From: a virus
Reading direction: 5' to 3' (one strand)
Virus record (IMG/VR): IMGVR_UViG_3300048080_000657
DNA: 64,000 bases
Below the pieces are notes generated by a model. It was not told where the DNA came from. It did no database searches and saw only the letters and a list, made by a program, of their open reading frames with translations. Below, piece by piece: positions 52,436 through 63,340 of the stretch. Position 1 is the stretch's first letter. Every line of letters begins with the position of its first letter. A program made the position numbers and the translations under genes.

Positions 52436-54150
52436 AGCGCGTCTACGGGAAGGTCTGGCTCAAGGGTGGCCACTGGTATATCCAGGGCGAGCCGCATCTT
52501 CTCCTCCGGTTGAAAAGGATTTTCGCGCGTATTTGGGCTGGCCAGTATGGCGTGGTGACGCTCAAAGATACCGATGAGATTCGTCGGGAGATCGTGTGGC
52601 TCCTCGAACGGTATGCGATGACGGTTTCGCGCAAGGACCGTAAGGCCCTCGACGACGGCGCGCGTCGTCATGTCGAGAAGCTCGTCCGCCTGGATCGCCT
52701 GATCGACAGGAAATACGTCGGCCGGGTGTACAAGATGGCGATTCCTGCCAGGGAGTATCAGAAGCAGGCCGCTGAAATGGTCCTTGAGAATGGCTACCTC
52801 CTCTTGGCCGATGATCTCGGGACTGGTAAGACCGTCGGGGCCTTAGCGGTTCTGACCCGGAAAGCCACGTTGCCTGCGGTCGTCGTGACGCTCTCAGGGA
52901 CGATGCCCAGGCAGTGGAAAGACATGACGGCGGCCTTCCTGCCCAAACTCTCGGTCCATATTGTCAAGAAGGGGACACCTTACGAGTTGCCGAAGACCGA
53001 TGGGCGCGGTCCAGACCTGGTCGTTCTCAACTACCACAAGCTGAGTGGATGGGCGGAAACTCTCGCGGCCTACGTGAAGACGGTGATCTTTGATGAATGC
53101 CAGGAACTGCGGCGCCGACAGTCTCAGAAGTACCAAGCGGCTGAGTACGTTGCGCGCCGGGCCCGCTGGACCATGGGTCTGAGCGCCACCCCCATCTTCA
53201 ACCTCGGAGGCGAGATCTGGAACGTGGTGAACGTTCTCCGCGAGGATGCTCTCGGGACCTACGAGGAGTTCCTCCGGGAATGGTGCTACGGAGAGCGCGA
53301 TCACCGGAAGACACCGGCGGTCAAGGATCCTAAGGCTCTGGGCTCGCATCTTCGGGCGGAGCACATCATGCTCCGCCGGACACGAAAGGACCTCGGGCGC
53401 GAACTCCCGCCCCTGACGAAGATTCCACAGTACGTCGAGAGCGATGAGGCCGCCATGGACGGGATCAAGGACTCGGCGGCCGAGCTCGCCCGGATCATCC
53501 TCTCCAACGAAAAGATAGAGGGATTTGAACGCCTTCGGGCTTCTGAGGAGTTCGACCAGGTTCTCCGTCAAGCGACCGGGGTCGCGAAAGCTCCGTATGT
53601 TGCGGACTTCATCCGGCTTCTGGTGGAGGGGGATGATGAGCCGGTCCTCGTCTTCGCCTGGCACCGCGCGGTCTATGATATCCTTCTTTCCAAGCTCAGC
53701 AATCTTGGGCCGGTCATGTTCACCGGCTCCGAAACCACAGCGCAGAAGCACGAATCGCTCGGTAAATTCCTGAGGCGAGAGTCCAGGGTGATTCTCATGT
53801 CACTCCGTGCCGGCCAGGGAATGGACGGGCTCCAGAAGGTCTGCCGAACCGTCGTCTTTGCCGAGCTCGACTGGTCGCCAGCTGTCCACGATCAATGTAC
53901 TGGACGAGTCTTCCGGGACGGCCAGGAGGATCCCGTGACGGCGATCTTCTGCGTGGCCGAGAGAGGATCGGATCCGAGCATTGCGGAGACCCTTGGTGTC
54001 AAGACCGCCCAGATCGAAGGCATCCGGGATCCCGAAGGGGCGCTCCTCGAGGAGCTTCAGACGGATCCCGGAAGGATTCGCGCGCTCGCGCAGCGCTATA
54101 TGGAGAAGATCGGCAGGAAGGCTCCGACCATAGAAGCTCAAAAGGCCTGA
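52432..54150 (+). CDS. SNF2-family helicase
   Basis: LLADDLGTGKT, VIFDECQ, SATP, QCTGRVFRDGQ. Confidence 0.9.
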   Translation: MKRVYGKVWLKGGHWYIQGEPHLLLRLKRIFARIWAGQYGVVTLKDTDEIRREIVWLLERYAMTVSRKDRKALDDGARRHVEKLVRLDRLIDRKYVGRVYKMAIPAREYQKQAAEMVLENGYLLLADDLGTGKTVGALAVLTRKATLPAVVVTLSGTMPRQWKDMTAAFLPKLSVHIVKKGTPYELPKTDGRGPDLVVLNYHKLSGWAETLAAYVKTVIFDECQELRRRQSQKYQAAEYVARRARWTMGLSATPIFNLGGEIWNVVNVLREDALGTYEEFLREWCYGERDHRKTPAVKDPKALGSHLRAEHIMLRRTRKDLGRELPPLTKIPQYVESDEAAMDGIKDSAAELARIILSNEKIEGFERLRASEEFDQVLRQATGVAKAPYVADFIRLLVEGDDEPVLVFAWHRAVYDILLSKLSNLGPVMFTGSETTAQKHESLGKFLRRESRVILMSLRAGQGMDGLQKVCRTVVFAELDWSPAVHDQCTGRVFRDGQEDPVTAIFCVAERGSDPSIAETLGVKTAQIEGIRDPEGALLEELQTDPGRIRALAQRYMEKIGRKAPTIEAQKA

Positions 54151-54791
54151 GAGGTGATCTATGCGAACACCCATTACCACAGAGTTGCAACCGATCATCG
54201 ATCTTCCGGAGAGAGCGCCGAAGACCCCTCTCGACGCCTGGGTCGTCGTCGCCTACTGCTCCACGCAGGATCACTGGAAGATATTCAAGGAGCAATGGAT
54301 CAGCCAGGAGGTGGCGTGTCGGTTCGCCGAGAAACTCCACCCGATCTGGCAGCATCGGAAGATCTTTCGGCTACAGGTGGCTGAGGTGGTCGCCGCGCCC
54401 AGCACGCCTCCATAGAATGGAGCTTGCACGAAAGACCAGAAAGGCGACATGCAAGTAAACATCGCAACGGTGCATCGACTCCGCGGAGAGCTCCGTGCCG
54501 TGTTGCCCGAGCTGCAGCCGGGCCACATGGTGAGCAATGAGACGCTTTCGGCCTGTTTCTCGCTCTTGAACGAGGCCGTCATGCTCCGGCTGATTCAGGA
54601 GATTCAGGCGATGCGCAGAAGCGAGGTAGGGGTCGGCGAGGCCGCGGCTCTCATACAGGAGGTATCCAAGACGCTCTCGGATGCAATGGTCTCTGTAGTT
54701 CTGAAGCATGTGCCAGACGCGACGACGTTCTACACTTTCAGGCCGCCTCAGGAATAGGGATGATGAGCCACGATCACGGAATGATCTTTCG

Positions 54792-55277
54792 ATGAAACCG
54801 ATCTACCAATTAACCAATTCCGATTGCATGAGAGCGTGCGTTGCTTCGATCTTCGAACTTCCGCTCAAACGGGTGCCGTTCTTCGGTGAATCCGCGATCA
54901 AGGATATCAAGAACCGCAACGCCATGACTCACAAGGAGCGCAGCCGGGCGGCGCTCCAGCAGGCTGACGACTTCGCCGCGTGGCTGAAGGCGCATGGGCT
55001 CGACGTCGAGTACATCTCCGATCCAGACTGGGCGATCAAGCGCGGCGCGAAGGCTGCGCGATTGCCTTGGGGGCTCTGCATCGGAGGTGGAAGATCGCCC
55101 CGCGGGCCGTGGGATCATGCGACCGTCTGGGACGCCGCCGACTGGACAAATCGGAAGATGGTCCACGATCCCCACCCCTCGGGCGCGGGCCTGAAAGGGA
55201 AGCCGCACACGTTCACTTGCTTTCTGCTCGTGGACCCTGCGAAGTTCCGACGGGCTCTGTGTGATGGAAAAGTCTGA
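54792..55277 (+). CDS. hypothetical protein, possible papain-like Cys/His fold
   Basis: Q..NSDCMRACVASI; WDHATV; MVHDP. Confidence 0.55.
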   Translation: MKPIYQLTNSDCMRACVASIFELPLKRVPFFGESAIKDIKNRNAMTHKERSRAALQQADDFAAWLKAHGLDVEYISDPDWAIKRGAKAARLPWGLCIGGGRSPRGPWDHATVWDAADWTNRKMVHDPHPSGAGLKGKPHTFTCFLLVDPAKFRRALCDGKV

Positions 55278-58034
55278 ATTGACGAAAGGTGAAGCGACGG
55301 ATGCTGGTCCTCACGCGGTGCCCCGGCTAGGCGCTGTAGCCCGTGGACGTGGGCGTGCCCCTCTCAGGTGTGCGCCTCGTTGGGCAAGCCGCAGGGCACC
55401 GCGTAGGGATCAGCACGAATCGGACGAAAGGTGCGTACTGTGCGTGAAAGGAGTACGGTGACCTATCCTGAGTTGATCTGCCTGAGCTACGGGCACGACT
55501 GGTATCGAGTCGCGACCTCGGACACTTGCGAGCCCGCGGCCTACGCGGGTACGACGCTGTGCAAGCGCTGCGGCACCGCGCTACCTAGGACGGACGAGGG
55601 CCTGTACGCGATACTGGAAGGGAGAAGCCCAACGTGCAGACCTTGAACAGTCGCCTTTCCAGTGCCGAGCTGTGCCGGCTGAATGGCTGGGGGCCGGGAA
55701 CCCGACTCGTCGGCGACGAAGGCTGCGGGCCGACCGTCATCGAGATCACGGCCGTCGGGCAGGTTTCCATCTTGGCGAGGATGATCTCCCACAAGGGAGA
55801 ACCAGCAGACGGTTTCGAGAGCCTCTGGGGACTGGACAACCGTGATTGGCAGCCGCACGAATCCGACATAAGATGATCCGCGTAAACCTAGACCATCAGG
55901 TAGCGGCCTTCCTGGAGATGCGAATGCTCGCGTGGGAGATTGGCATCGCGTCCTTTATCCGAGAAGGATTGAGCCGCGAGGAGGCCGTACGAAAGTTCGC
56001 CGAGGTCTGGCAGCGGGCATCGCTCGCGCGCGAGAGGCGCTGGAAACCTCACAGAACTGGCGAAAGGTGAGGCCTGTGAAGAAATACATCTGTTGGCTTT
56101 TCGGGCATGCCAAACCGGTCTATCACGAATCCGGCGCCTTCTGGTGGTGTCCCCGCTGCGATAGGGCACTCGGAATCAACCAAAGACTGTGGACGCCGGA
56201 GGCCATGATTGCGGACGCTAACCGAAGAAGGCTCGGAGAATACGACTCCGGAGATACTCACAATAGAGGCGACCCGTGAAGACCCTCCGAACGTTCGGGA
56301 CCATTCGGCCAGGCGGCCAAGAGGTCGGCCTACGCGAGGACCTCGACGGCCAAGAGCGACTCGCGTGCCTCTGGATTCAGGCGGTCTCGCGCAGGCAGGG
56401 GACTGTGGGGGCTTGGCTAAGCACCGCCGACGCGAAAGTCCTGATGGGTTGGCTGAGAGCGTTCCTGCAGAAGCACAGAAGAGGCGAAAGGTGATCTATG
56501 AAGCATCCGGGAGGATACCAGCCGGACCCTTCGAAGAATCCGGCACCCGTGCCGCCGGCGGTGGGCTCAGCGATCCAGCCGCCGCCCGTGCTCGGACTCA
56601 CCTGTGGCTGCGGAGGTGTCATGAGGGTCTATTGGAGACCCAACGGAACGCGAGGAATCCAGTGCGAACAATGTTATGAGGGCGGACGTGGTCGACCGCC
56701 AGCTCACGAAAGAAGCAAAAGGTGAGGTCGATGGAATACAGCGACTACTGGATCTACCCAGGCGAACGGCGCCCCGTCGTGGTCAAGGCCAAGACCGAAG
56801 AGGAGGCCGAAGAGCTTGTCAGGAAGAGCCCGGAGTACGACGGCTTCGGAAGCCGAGTGTATCGCGTCGAAACGTTCGGCGAGCTGTGCGCACGAGGCGA
56901 AGCGCCATAGGCGTGAAAGGTGAGCGAGATAGGTAAGATTGGAGGAGCATGGCCATGAATCCTACGGATCAGATGGTGGTCGAGATCTTCAAGGGGGAGG
57001 CCGATCAGAACCACGAGTCCCTATGGCGGGTCGATGTCCGGCACACGGCCGCGGAACTCGATGGCCAGGCCATCGAGCCCGAGGATCAGGACTACAATGT
57101 CCTCGCCTTCACACCGGCGGGAGCGATCGCGAAGGTGATGGGAATCCTCACCCATCCCTGGCAGGCGTCCGGGAAAAGCAAAGACAAGAACCCGCTTCGG
57201 AATGTCCTCCCCATGCGGATCGAGATTCGTTCTGTCCGATGGATCGCCCAGGTGCACAAGTAGATCACCAAAGGCATGAAAGGTGAGGTCCGATTCATGA
57301 CATCTGCGACAGCGGGCGAGGAGATTTGCGCGAACGACTATTGCAAGCATCGGTACGATGCCCACAATTTGAGCGAGGCGGGCTCTGGCTGCATGGCGAA
57401 GGACTGGAACGCGGCAGATGCGGATACCTTTTGTCGGTGCCGTAGATTCAAGAGGCACACTTCCAGCGAGAGAAGGTCCACCGATGCCTAAGTGTGGATT
57501 CAGGGAATGCCGTCGTCCAGCTACCGGCGATGGTTCGCTTCCGTGGTCATGCGAGGAGTGCGCCCAAGAGTTGAATCCGGAGATTGAACGCTTGGCAGAT
57601 CAGCTCAACAAGGCCATAGAAGATGACATCCAGAAGAATTAAGACCGACCTATCCAACGATCAGCGGATCACCAAAGGCTAGAAAGGTGAGCCGTAGCTT
57701 ATGACGCCGCAGGACTTCGACCCGAAACGCGACCTGAAGACCGAGTTGGACGAGGAAGGGCTCGGGCGCAGGGTAACGTGTATGGCCTGCTGTCAGGTGA
57801 TCTTCAATCTCGGGCCCAACCCTTCCGAGCCTGAGCGGCTGAAGGAGGGGAAGAACTTGGCCCTTCACCTGGAGCTTTTCCACAACATGAGAGCTTTCTA
57901 CGGGCGGTGCAGGGATGCGTCGTGCCGGAGGTTCCATCTTTCGGCATTCGAGAAAGGCAAACTCCCGCCGGAATTTGAGGGAGTTGGCAATCCGCCAGTG
58001 TAGGATCACCAAAGGTTAGTAAGGTGAGGGATTG

Positions 58035-58559
58035 ATGCAGGCTGAAGAGAAGGCTCAGCTCGGCGCGGCCGCCGCTGAGATTCTGAAGATGCTCCAGACC
58101 TGGGGCTTCGACACGAACCAGTCCTGTCGAACGCTTCTCGGCGTGGCTGCGGTGATCATCGCCGAGGGATGCAGGGGAGATAAGGTTTGTCTCGATGATA
58201 CTCTTGACCGTTTCTGCAATACGATCAGGGAAATGGCCGAGGATGCGTTCGGGAAGCCCAAGAACGTCACCGCCTCGAAGATGGCCTTTGATACCCACAC
58301 CAAAGAAAGCCGCGATCTTGTGGAGCGGATGCTCAAGGAAGAGGAGGAAGGCGGCTATACCCCGATGATGGTAAGATTCCCCGTCAAGAAGGGCTGCCGG
58401 GCCTGTTCGGGTCAGACGGGGATGTTCCGGACGAGCGTCGTCAGGAAGAGGCTCTCGGACCGTTCGGTGACCCTCTGGGCAATCGTCACGCTTTGCGAAC
58501 AGTGCCTTGGGAACGCGGATGCCAAGGCGAAGTTGCTCGGGATGCTCACGGAAGGATAG
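58035..58559 (+). CDS. cassette hypothetical protein
   Basis: Between sites 58006 and 58546; TAG lies in the site core. Confidence 0.65.
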   Translation: MQAEEKAQLGAAAAEILKMLQTWGFDTNQSCRTLLGVAAVIIAEGCRGDKVCLDDTLDRFCNTIREMAEDAFGKPKNVTASKMAFDTHTKESRDLVERMLKEEEEGGYTPMMVRFPVKKGCRACSGQTGMFRTSVVRKRLSDRSVTLWAIVTLCEQCLGNADAKAKLLGMLTEG

Positions 58560-58563
58560 AAAG

Positions 58564-59562
58564 GTGAGCAAGAAGATCCTACTCCTCCAGCTCGACGGGA
58601 AGATCCCCAACATCGCCCTCATGAGGATCGCGGCACACCACCGCGCCCTGGGCGACGCCGTCGAGTTCCGCTGGGGGAGGACGGTCGCCTCGGCGTCACC
58701 CGATCTCTTCGACCGGCCGGATCGGGTCTATGCCTCGCTCATCTTCGAGCGGACGAAGCCCGTCGCGGAGCGGCTCCTACAGACGTATCCGGACTCCGTG
58801 GTGGGCGGAACCGGCTGGGACGTGGCCTCCTCCCTCGAGGCGGCCGGCATCACGACGAAGGCACAGGACTACTCGGTCTATCCCGCGTGGCGCCAGTCCA
58901 TCGGCTTCACGCAACGGGGTTGCCGACTCAAGTGCCCATTCTGCGTAGTCCCTACAAAGGAAGGCCCGGTCCGAGAGGAACAGACGATTGCCGAACTCTG
59001 GCGCGGGGAGCCCTGGCCCCGGGAGATCATCCTCCTCGACAACGACTTCTTCGGACAGGCCTCCTGGCCCAAGCGGATCGAGGAGCTACGCGCCGGCCGT
59101 TTCAAGGTGAGCTTCAACCAAGGAATCAACGCCCGCTTCCTCACCGATGAGACCGCAGCCGCCGTCGCCGGCGTCGACTACCGGGACGACCAGATGAAGG
59201 ATCGCCGGATCTACACGGCATGGGACAACAGGAAGGACGAGGGGCGCCTGTTCGCCGGCCTCGAGGCGCTCGTGCGCCACGGGGTCAGGCCCGACGACAT
59301 CATGGTCTACATGCTCCTTGGGTACTGGCCATGGTCGGATCTCGAGGATTGGGAGCACCGGCGCCGCCGGCTGCGCGAGTTCGGCTGCCGGCCCTATCCG
59401 ATGCCCTACGAGAGGACCCCCCAGGCTGTTGGATTTCAACGGTGGGTGATCGGCGCGTATGATAAGAGGATCGGCTGGCCGGAATGGGAGGCGGCGGGCT
59501 ACCGGCCTGAGCGCGTGGGCCTGCATGCGGAAACGCCCCTGTTCGAGGTCATCGAAGAGTAG
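58564..59562 (+). CDS. radical SAM protein
   Basis: PNIALM; TQRGCRLKCPFCVVP (CxxxCxxC); LLDNDF; FNQG; GTG start supplied by site 58546. Confidence 0.85.
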   Translation: MSKKILLLQLDGKIPNIALMRIAAHHRALGDAVEFRWGRTVASASPDLFDRPDRVYASLIFERTKPVAERLLQTYPDSVVGGTGWDVASSLEAAGITTKAQDYSVYPAWRQSIGFTQRGCRLKCPFCVVPTKEGPVREEQTIAELWRGEPWPREIILLDNDFFGQASWPKRIEELRAGRFKVSFNQGINARFLTDETAAAVAGVDYRDDQMKDRRIYTAWDNRKDEGRLFAGLEALVRHGVRPDDIMVYMLLGYWPWSDLEDWEHRRRRLREFGCRPYPMPYERTPQAVGFQRWVIGAYDKRIGWPEWEAAGYRPERVGLHAETPLFEVIEE

Positions 59563-60017
59563 AAAGATGAGCATGAAGAAGCGCCAGCGCTTCAAGTGTC
59601 ACGGATGTGACCGTCGCAAGGCCTTGAAGTACCTTCACCATCATCGGGACGAGAGGCCCTATTGTGTCGATTGTTGGAAGAGGATGTACTAGCACACTCG
59701 AGCAGAAAGGTGAGGGTATGAAGATTCTGGCGATCGACAATCTCGTATTCAAGCTGCCGGACACGTTCAAGGGCAGCTTCAGTGATGCTCTTCGTGCTCT
59801 GGCTCGCTATCACGACGGAAGCCCAACAGCGATAAGGCAGAAGAAGCAGCCAGGCGGTCGGCTGACAAGAAAAACGTGGGATGCCTTTCTGAGTGTTGTC
59901 GACAAGGGTGGTTGTCTGGCCTGCATCGCGTCACTTCAGAAGTGGACGGGAAAGACGTGGCGGAAGTTCCCACTGGAGAAGGGATGGAAGAAGTTGAAGT
60001 CACGGAAGAGCTGAAAG

Positions 60018-60422
60018 ATGATCAAGAGACTTTCTGATAGGGTATGGCAGGCCGATGAGGCGGACGCCAGGAAATTGTGTGAGGGGCATTCCGAACGTTG
60101 GCTTACCGAAGGTTTTAAGGCGGTGCTTTGTCCGGCATTCAACGTCAGGATTCCTTATCACCCGCGGCTCGCGGCCATGATCCTGCCCGTATGGGATGAG
60201 ACGGACGCCCCGTCCGAGATGTTCGATTGCGCTGCCTATTTCCATAAGGCATTCGGCCCGACATTGGTTCATTGTCATGGAGGTTTGAACAGATCCTCAG
60301 CCTTCGCGGCCGCACTCCTTGTGGCCGACGGGATGTTTGTCGAGAAGGCTCTTGAATGTGTCAATGCCACACCCAATCCGGAGCTCCTTAGATCACTCCG
60401 GCGATGGGTGCAATCACGATAG
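60018..60422 (+). CDS. dual-specificity/Cys-phosphatase-like protein
   Basis: LVHCHGGLNRSS (HCxxGxxRS). Confidence 0.8.
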   Translation: MIKRLSDRVWQADEADARKLCEGHSERWLTEGFKAVLCPAFNVRIPYHPRLAAMILPVWDETDAPSEMFDCAAYFHKAFGPTLVHCHGGLNRSSAFAAALLVADGMFVEKALECVNATPNPELLRSLRRWVQSR

Positions 60423-60441
60423 ATCACCAAAGAGCACAAAG

Positions 60442-60921
60442 ATGAGTGCCCGAAGCTATAAGCTGCTTGATGGGACCAGCGTCCCGTTGAAGGTTCTCTC
60501 CAAGCGAGAGAAGGGCTTCATCCGCTCGCTTTGGGTGATGGCCTCTGATGGCGTCGACTACTTCGAGCTGTACCGCATCGCTTGCGGACCTAGGTCACCC
60601 GCTCTTCAAGGAAGATCGCGCGTAGACAAAGAGCTTGTCCAAACTCCCGTCTATCGGATAGCGAGAGACGTCGTAACCCGGACAGGGATTCGTAAAGGAC
60701 TGATTCTAGGCTCCGGCAAAGAGCCTGAAGTGGTTTCTTCATTGGCTCAGCTTCTGCAGCCGCTCAGCGTTCCACAGGCGGCGAGCCTGATCGGGATCTC
60801 TCGTATAGCTGTCTATAAGGCGATCCAGAAGGGCCACCTTCCAGTTGTGAAAGTAGGGAGCGTGCTGATCGTTGAACGAGGGGACGCCGAGGCTTACAAG
60901 AGATCCAGGCGGATCACATAA
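60442..60921 (+). CDS. protein with C-terminal excisionase/MerR-like HTH
   Basis: LSVPQAASLIGISRIAVYKAIQKGHLP..KVG. Confidence 0.75.
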   Translation: MSARSYKLLDGTSVPLKVLSKREKGFIRSLWVMASDGVDYFELYRIACGPRSPALQGRSRVDKELVQTPVYRIARDVVTRTGIRKGLILGSGKEPEVVSSLAQLLQPLSVPQAASLIGISRIAVYKAIQKGHLPVVKVGSVLIVERGDAEAYKRSRRIT

Positions 60922-61553
60922 GAGCGGAAAGGTGATGTGGGGAAGAACTTCCAGTGGGAGCGCCTCCAGAACATGAGAATTTATCTCGAGGAGAAAGGCC
61001 ACCGCTTCAGTGGGTTTCCGATGCAGTGCCAGAAGTGCGGCATCCTACTCGGGGTTCTTTCGGCTATGCTGGAGAAGGCGCCGGCCTGTGTGCCGCCGGC
61101 GCAGGATCACCAAAGGGCGGATCGGTGCGCGTATGACGCCAGAAGAGGAAAAGATCAGACGTGAGATGGCGGAGGTGAAAACCTTTACGCTTAATAGATG
61201 TCCGGGCTGCGGCGAGTTGCTTGGGTCTGGCTGGCAAACACGCAACGAAGCGATCCTTGAGTTCGCAAGGCACACACTTGGGTGTAAGGGCGTAAAAATG
61301 CTTGGAGCGCGCACCAAATCCTAGAAAGATGAGGAAAGGAAACAGCATGATGACGACGAATCAGGCGATCAAGGAAGCCACACGAGGCGTGCTCTCGAGC
61401 CGGGAATACCGCGCGCAGGTGATGGCAATCCTCGAAACTCGGCTTGAGACTGCGATCACCGAAGGTGACGACGAGGGGGCTTACGCTTATGCCGCAGGAA
61501 TCGAGGCTCTCAAGATCGAACCGCGCACCGAATCGTAGAAAGGTGATGTGGCC

Positions 61554-61811
61554 ATGACCTGCGACCAGTGCGGCTCCCCAATGGCGAACGTGGGGCGCCA
61601 GATCCAGCGGGGACACCGGGATGGCTGGATGGACGGCTGGGTGTGCCCGACGCGCCGCTGCCCAGGCTATGGGACCACCGATTTTCAACATTCCGTGACC
61701 CGCCGCTGGCCCGGGATGACGTTGATGTCGGAGGTACCGCTCCACGCAATGATTCTAGGTGCCGTGAAGTTCAGAGACGCATCGAAGGCAAGGATGAGTT
61801 TAAGGAGATAG
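61554..61811 (+). CDS. Zn-finger cassette protein (paralog of 62272..62499)
   Basis: CDQCG..MANVGRQI..GH...WMDGWVCP.RRCPGYGTTD. Confidence 0.75.
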   Translation: MTCDQCGSPMANVGRQIQRGHRDGWMDGWVCPTRRCPGYGTTDFQHSVTRRWPGMTLMSEVPLHAMILGAVKFRDASKARMSLRR

Positions 61812-62271
61812 ACATGGATAGGCGCATCTTCATGGCCGCGACCGCGGCCGCCCTCGTGGGCACGCTTCCCGTGGAGGCGAAGTCCGGGCGGGAGTTCCTG
61901 GGCAGCGCGGAGATCACGGGCGCGAAGGCCTGGAGGGTGGACGGCGTCCCGGGGCGCTCGAGCTACGCCGTCAGGGAGCAGGACGGCAGGCAGTACGTCG
62001 ACGTCTACGGCGATCCCGGCGTGCGCGGCCGGGTGAGGACGACGATCCGGTACACCTAGCGGCTCGCGATGATTCTCCAGCGTCTGGGGCTCTTGGTGTG
62101 TGTCGCCATAGCCGGCCTCAATGCGTGGTTCCGGAAGGGGACAGGTGAGGCGGCGCTGGACACGCCCGAGGGGCGGTGGATCCTCTTCGGAGTCATAGTC
62201 GCGCTCGCAGTGCTGCTCTGGGGCTTGGGCCGCGAGCGCGGCTCACCGAAGACGTGAAAGGTGAGGCGAGT

Positions 62272-62499
62272 ATGATGTGCGACCAGTGCGGCTTGGGGAT
62301 GGCGAACGTGGGGCGCCAGATCAAGCCAGGCCATCCAGAGATCTGGATGGACGGATGGGTCTGCCCGAAGCGCCGCTGCCCAGGCTACGGGACCACCGAC
62401 CACCGGGATTCCGTGAGCCGTTGGCCTGGGATGACGCTGATGCCGGAGGCGCCGCTCCACGCGATGATCCGAGGAGCGCTGAAGTTCAGGGACGCGTAG
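62272..62499 (+). CDS. Zn-finger cassette protein (paralog of 61554..61811)
   Basis: See paralog. Confidence 0.75.
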   Translation: MMCDQCGLGMANVGRQIKPGHPEIWMDGWVCPKRRCPGYGTTDHRDSVSRWPGMTLMPEAPLHAMIRGALKFRDA

Positions 62500-63175
62500 A
62501 AGACGTAAAAGGTGAGGTCAGCAATTGGGCCACGTTGCGGGAAACCGTGATGCCGCCCCGTGAAGAGGGGCGGTGGTTGGCAGCGAACCCACACTGCCTA
62601 ACGTCGGACCTGCGGGCGAGACGCGAGATTAGTGCCGCCAAGCGGCCACGGTTTCCCGCAATAGGGCACTGAAGAGGTAAAAGGTGAGGTCATGAACGAT
62701 CCAAGGAAACAAAAGTGCGTGGAGTGCGAGAAGAAACTCCATGGGGGCCCGAGCTGCACCAAGCACGGTATGGCCGGATTGGCGACCTTGGCAGAGGCCA
62801 TCTTGAAGGTGGCCAGGAATACTCGCCGAAGAGGCAACTGGTGAGCACGATGGTTCATTACATGAACGTCATCACACCGGGCCCGCTTATCATCGTGCGG
62901 ACCCCCTACCCGCTACCCCGTTGGAGGCTCGTACTTAAAGCCCTGACGCCGGTCGTGCAATCGCATGGTTATAAGCAGAAGGACATCAGCGCGATCGAGG
63001 GTTTGCTCCCATATCCGGACGATCCATGGAGCCCCGAGGAGACACAGTTCGCTTCCCGGATCGAGAAGGCATTTGCGGGAGACCCCGAGGTTCTACCCCG
63101 CTTTTGGCTGTACGATTGGAAGGCCGGGGAGTTCGTGGTGGCGCGAGAGCCTCATAGAAGAGATAAAAGGTGAGG

Positions 63176-63204
63176 TTGACAATACTGCCCATTCACTGTA
63201 GGCT
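63176..63204 (+). promoter_or_regulatory. sigma70-type promoter of the hicBA cassette
   Basis: TTGACA-17-TAGGCT immediately after site 63152. Confidence 0.6.
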
Positions 63205-63340
63205 TACTCTTGCTAGAACAAGACGGAAGGAGACCCACATAAACTCTCTCGGAAGCCGCCTTCGTCCCGACGGCGTCTTGTTCTAGCAGACATTCGTCCG
63301 ACGGGCGGGCGGCCTCCAGGTGAGTTCAAGGAGACCGTGT

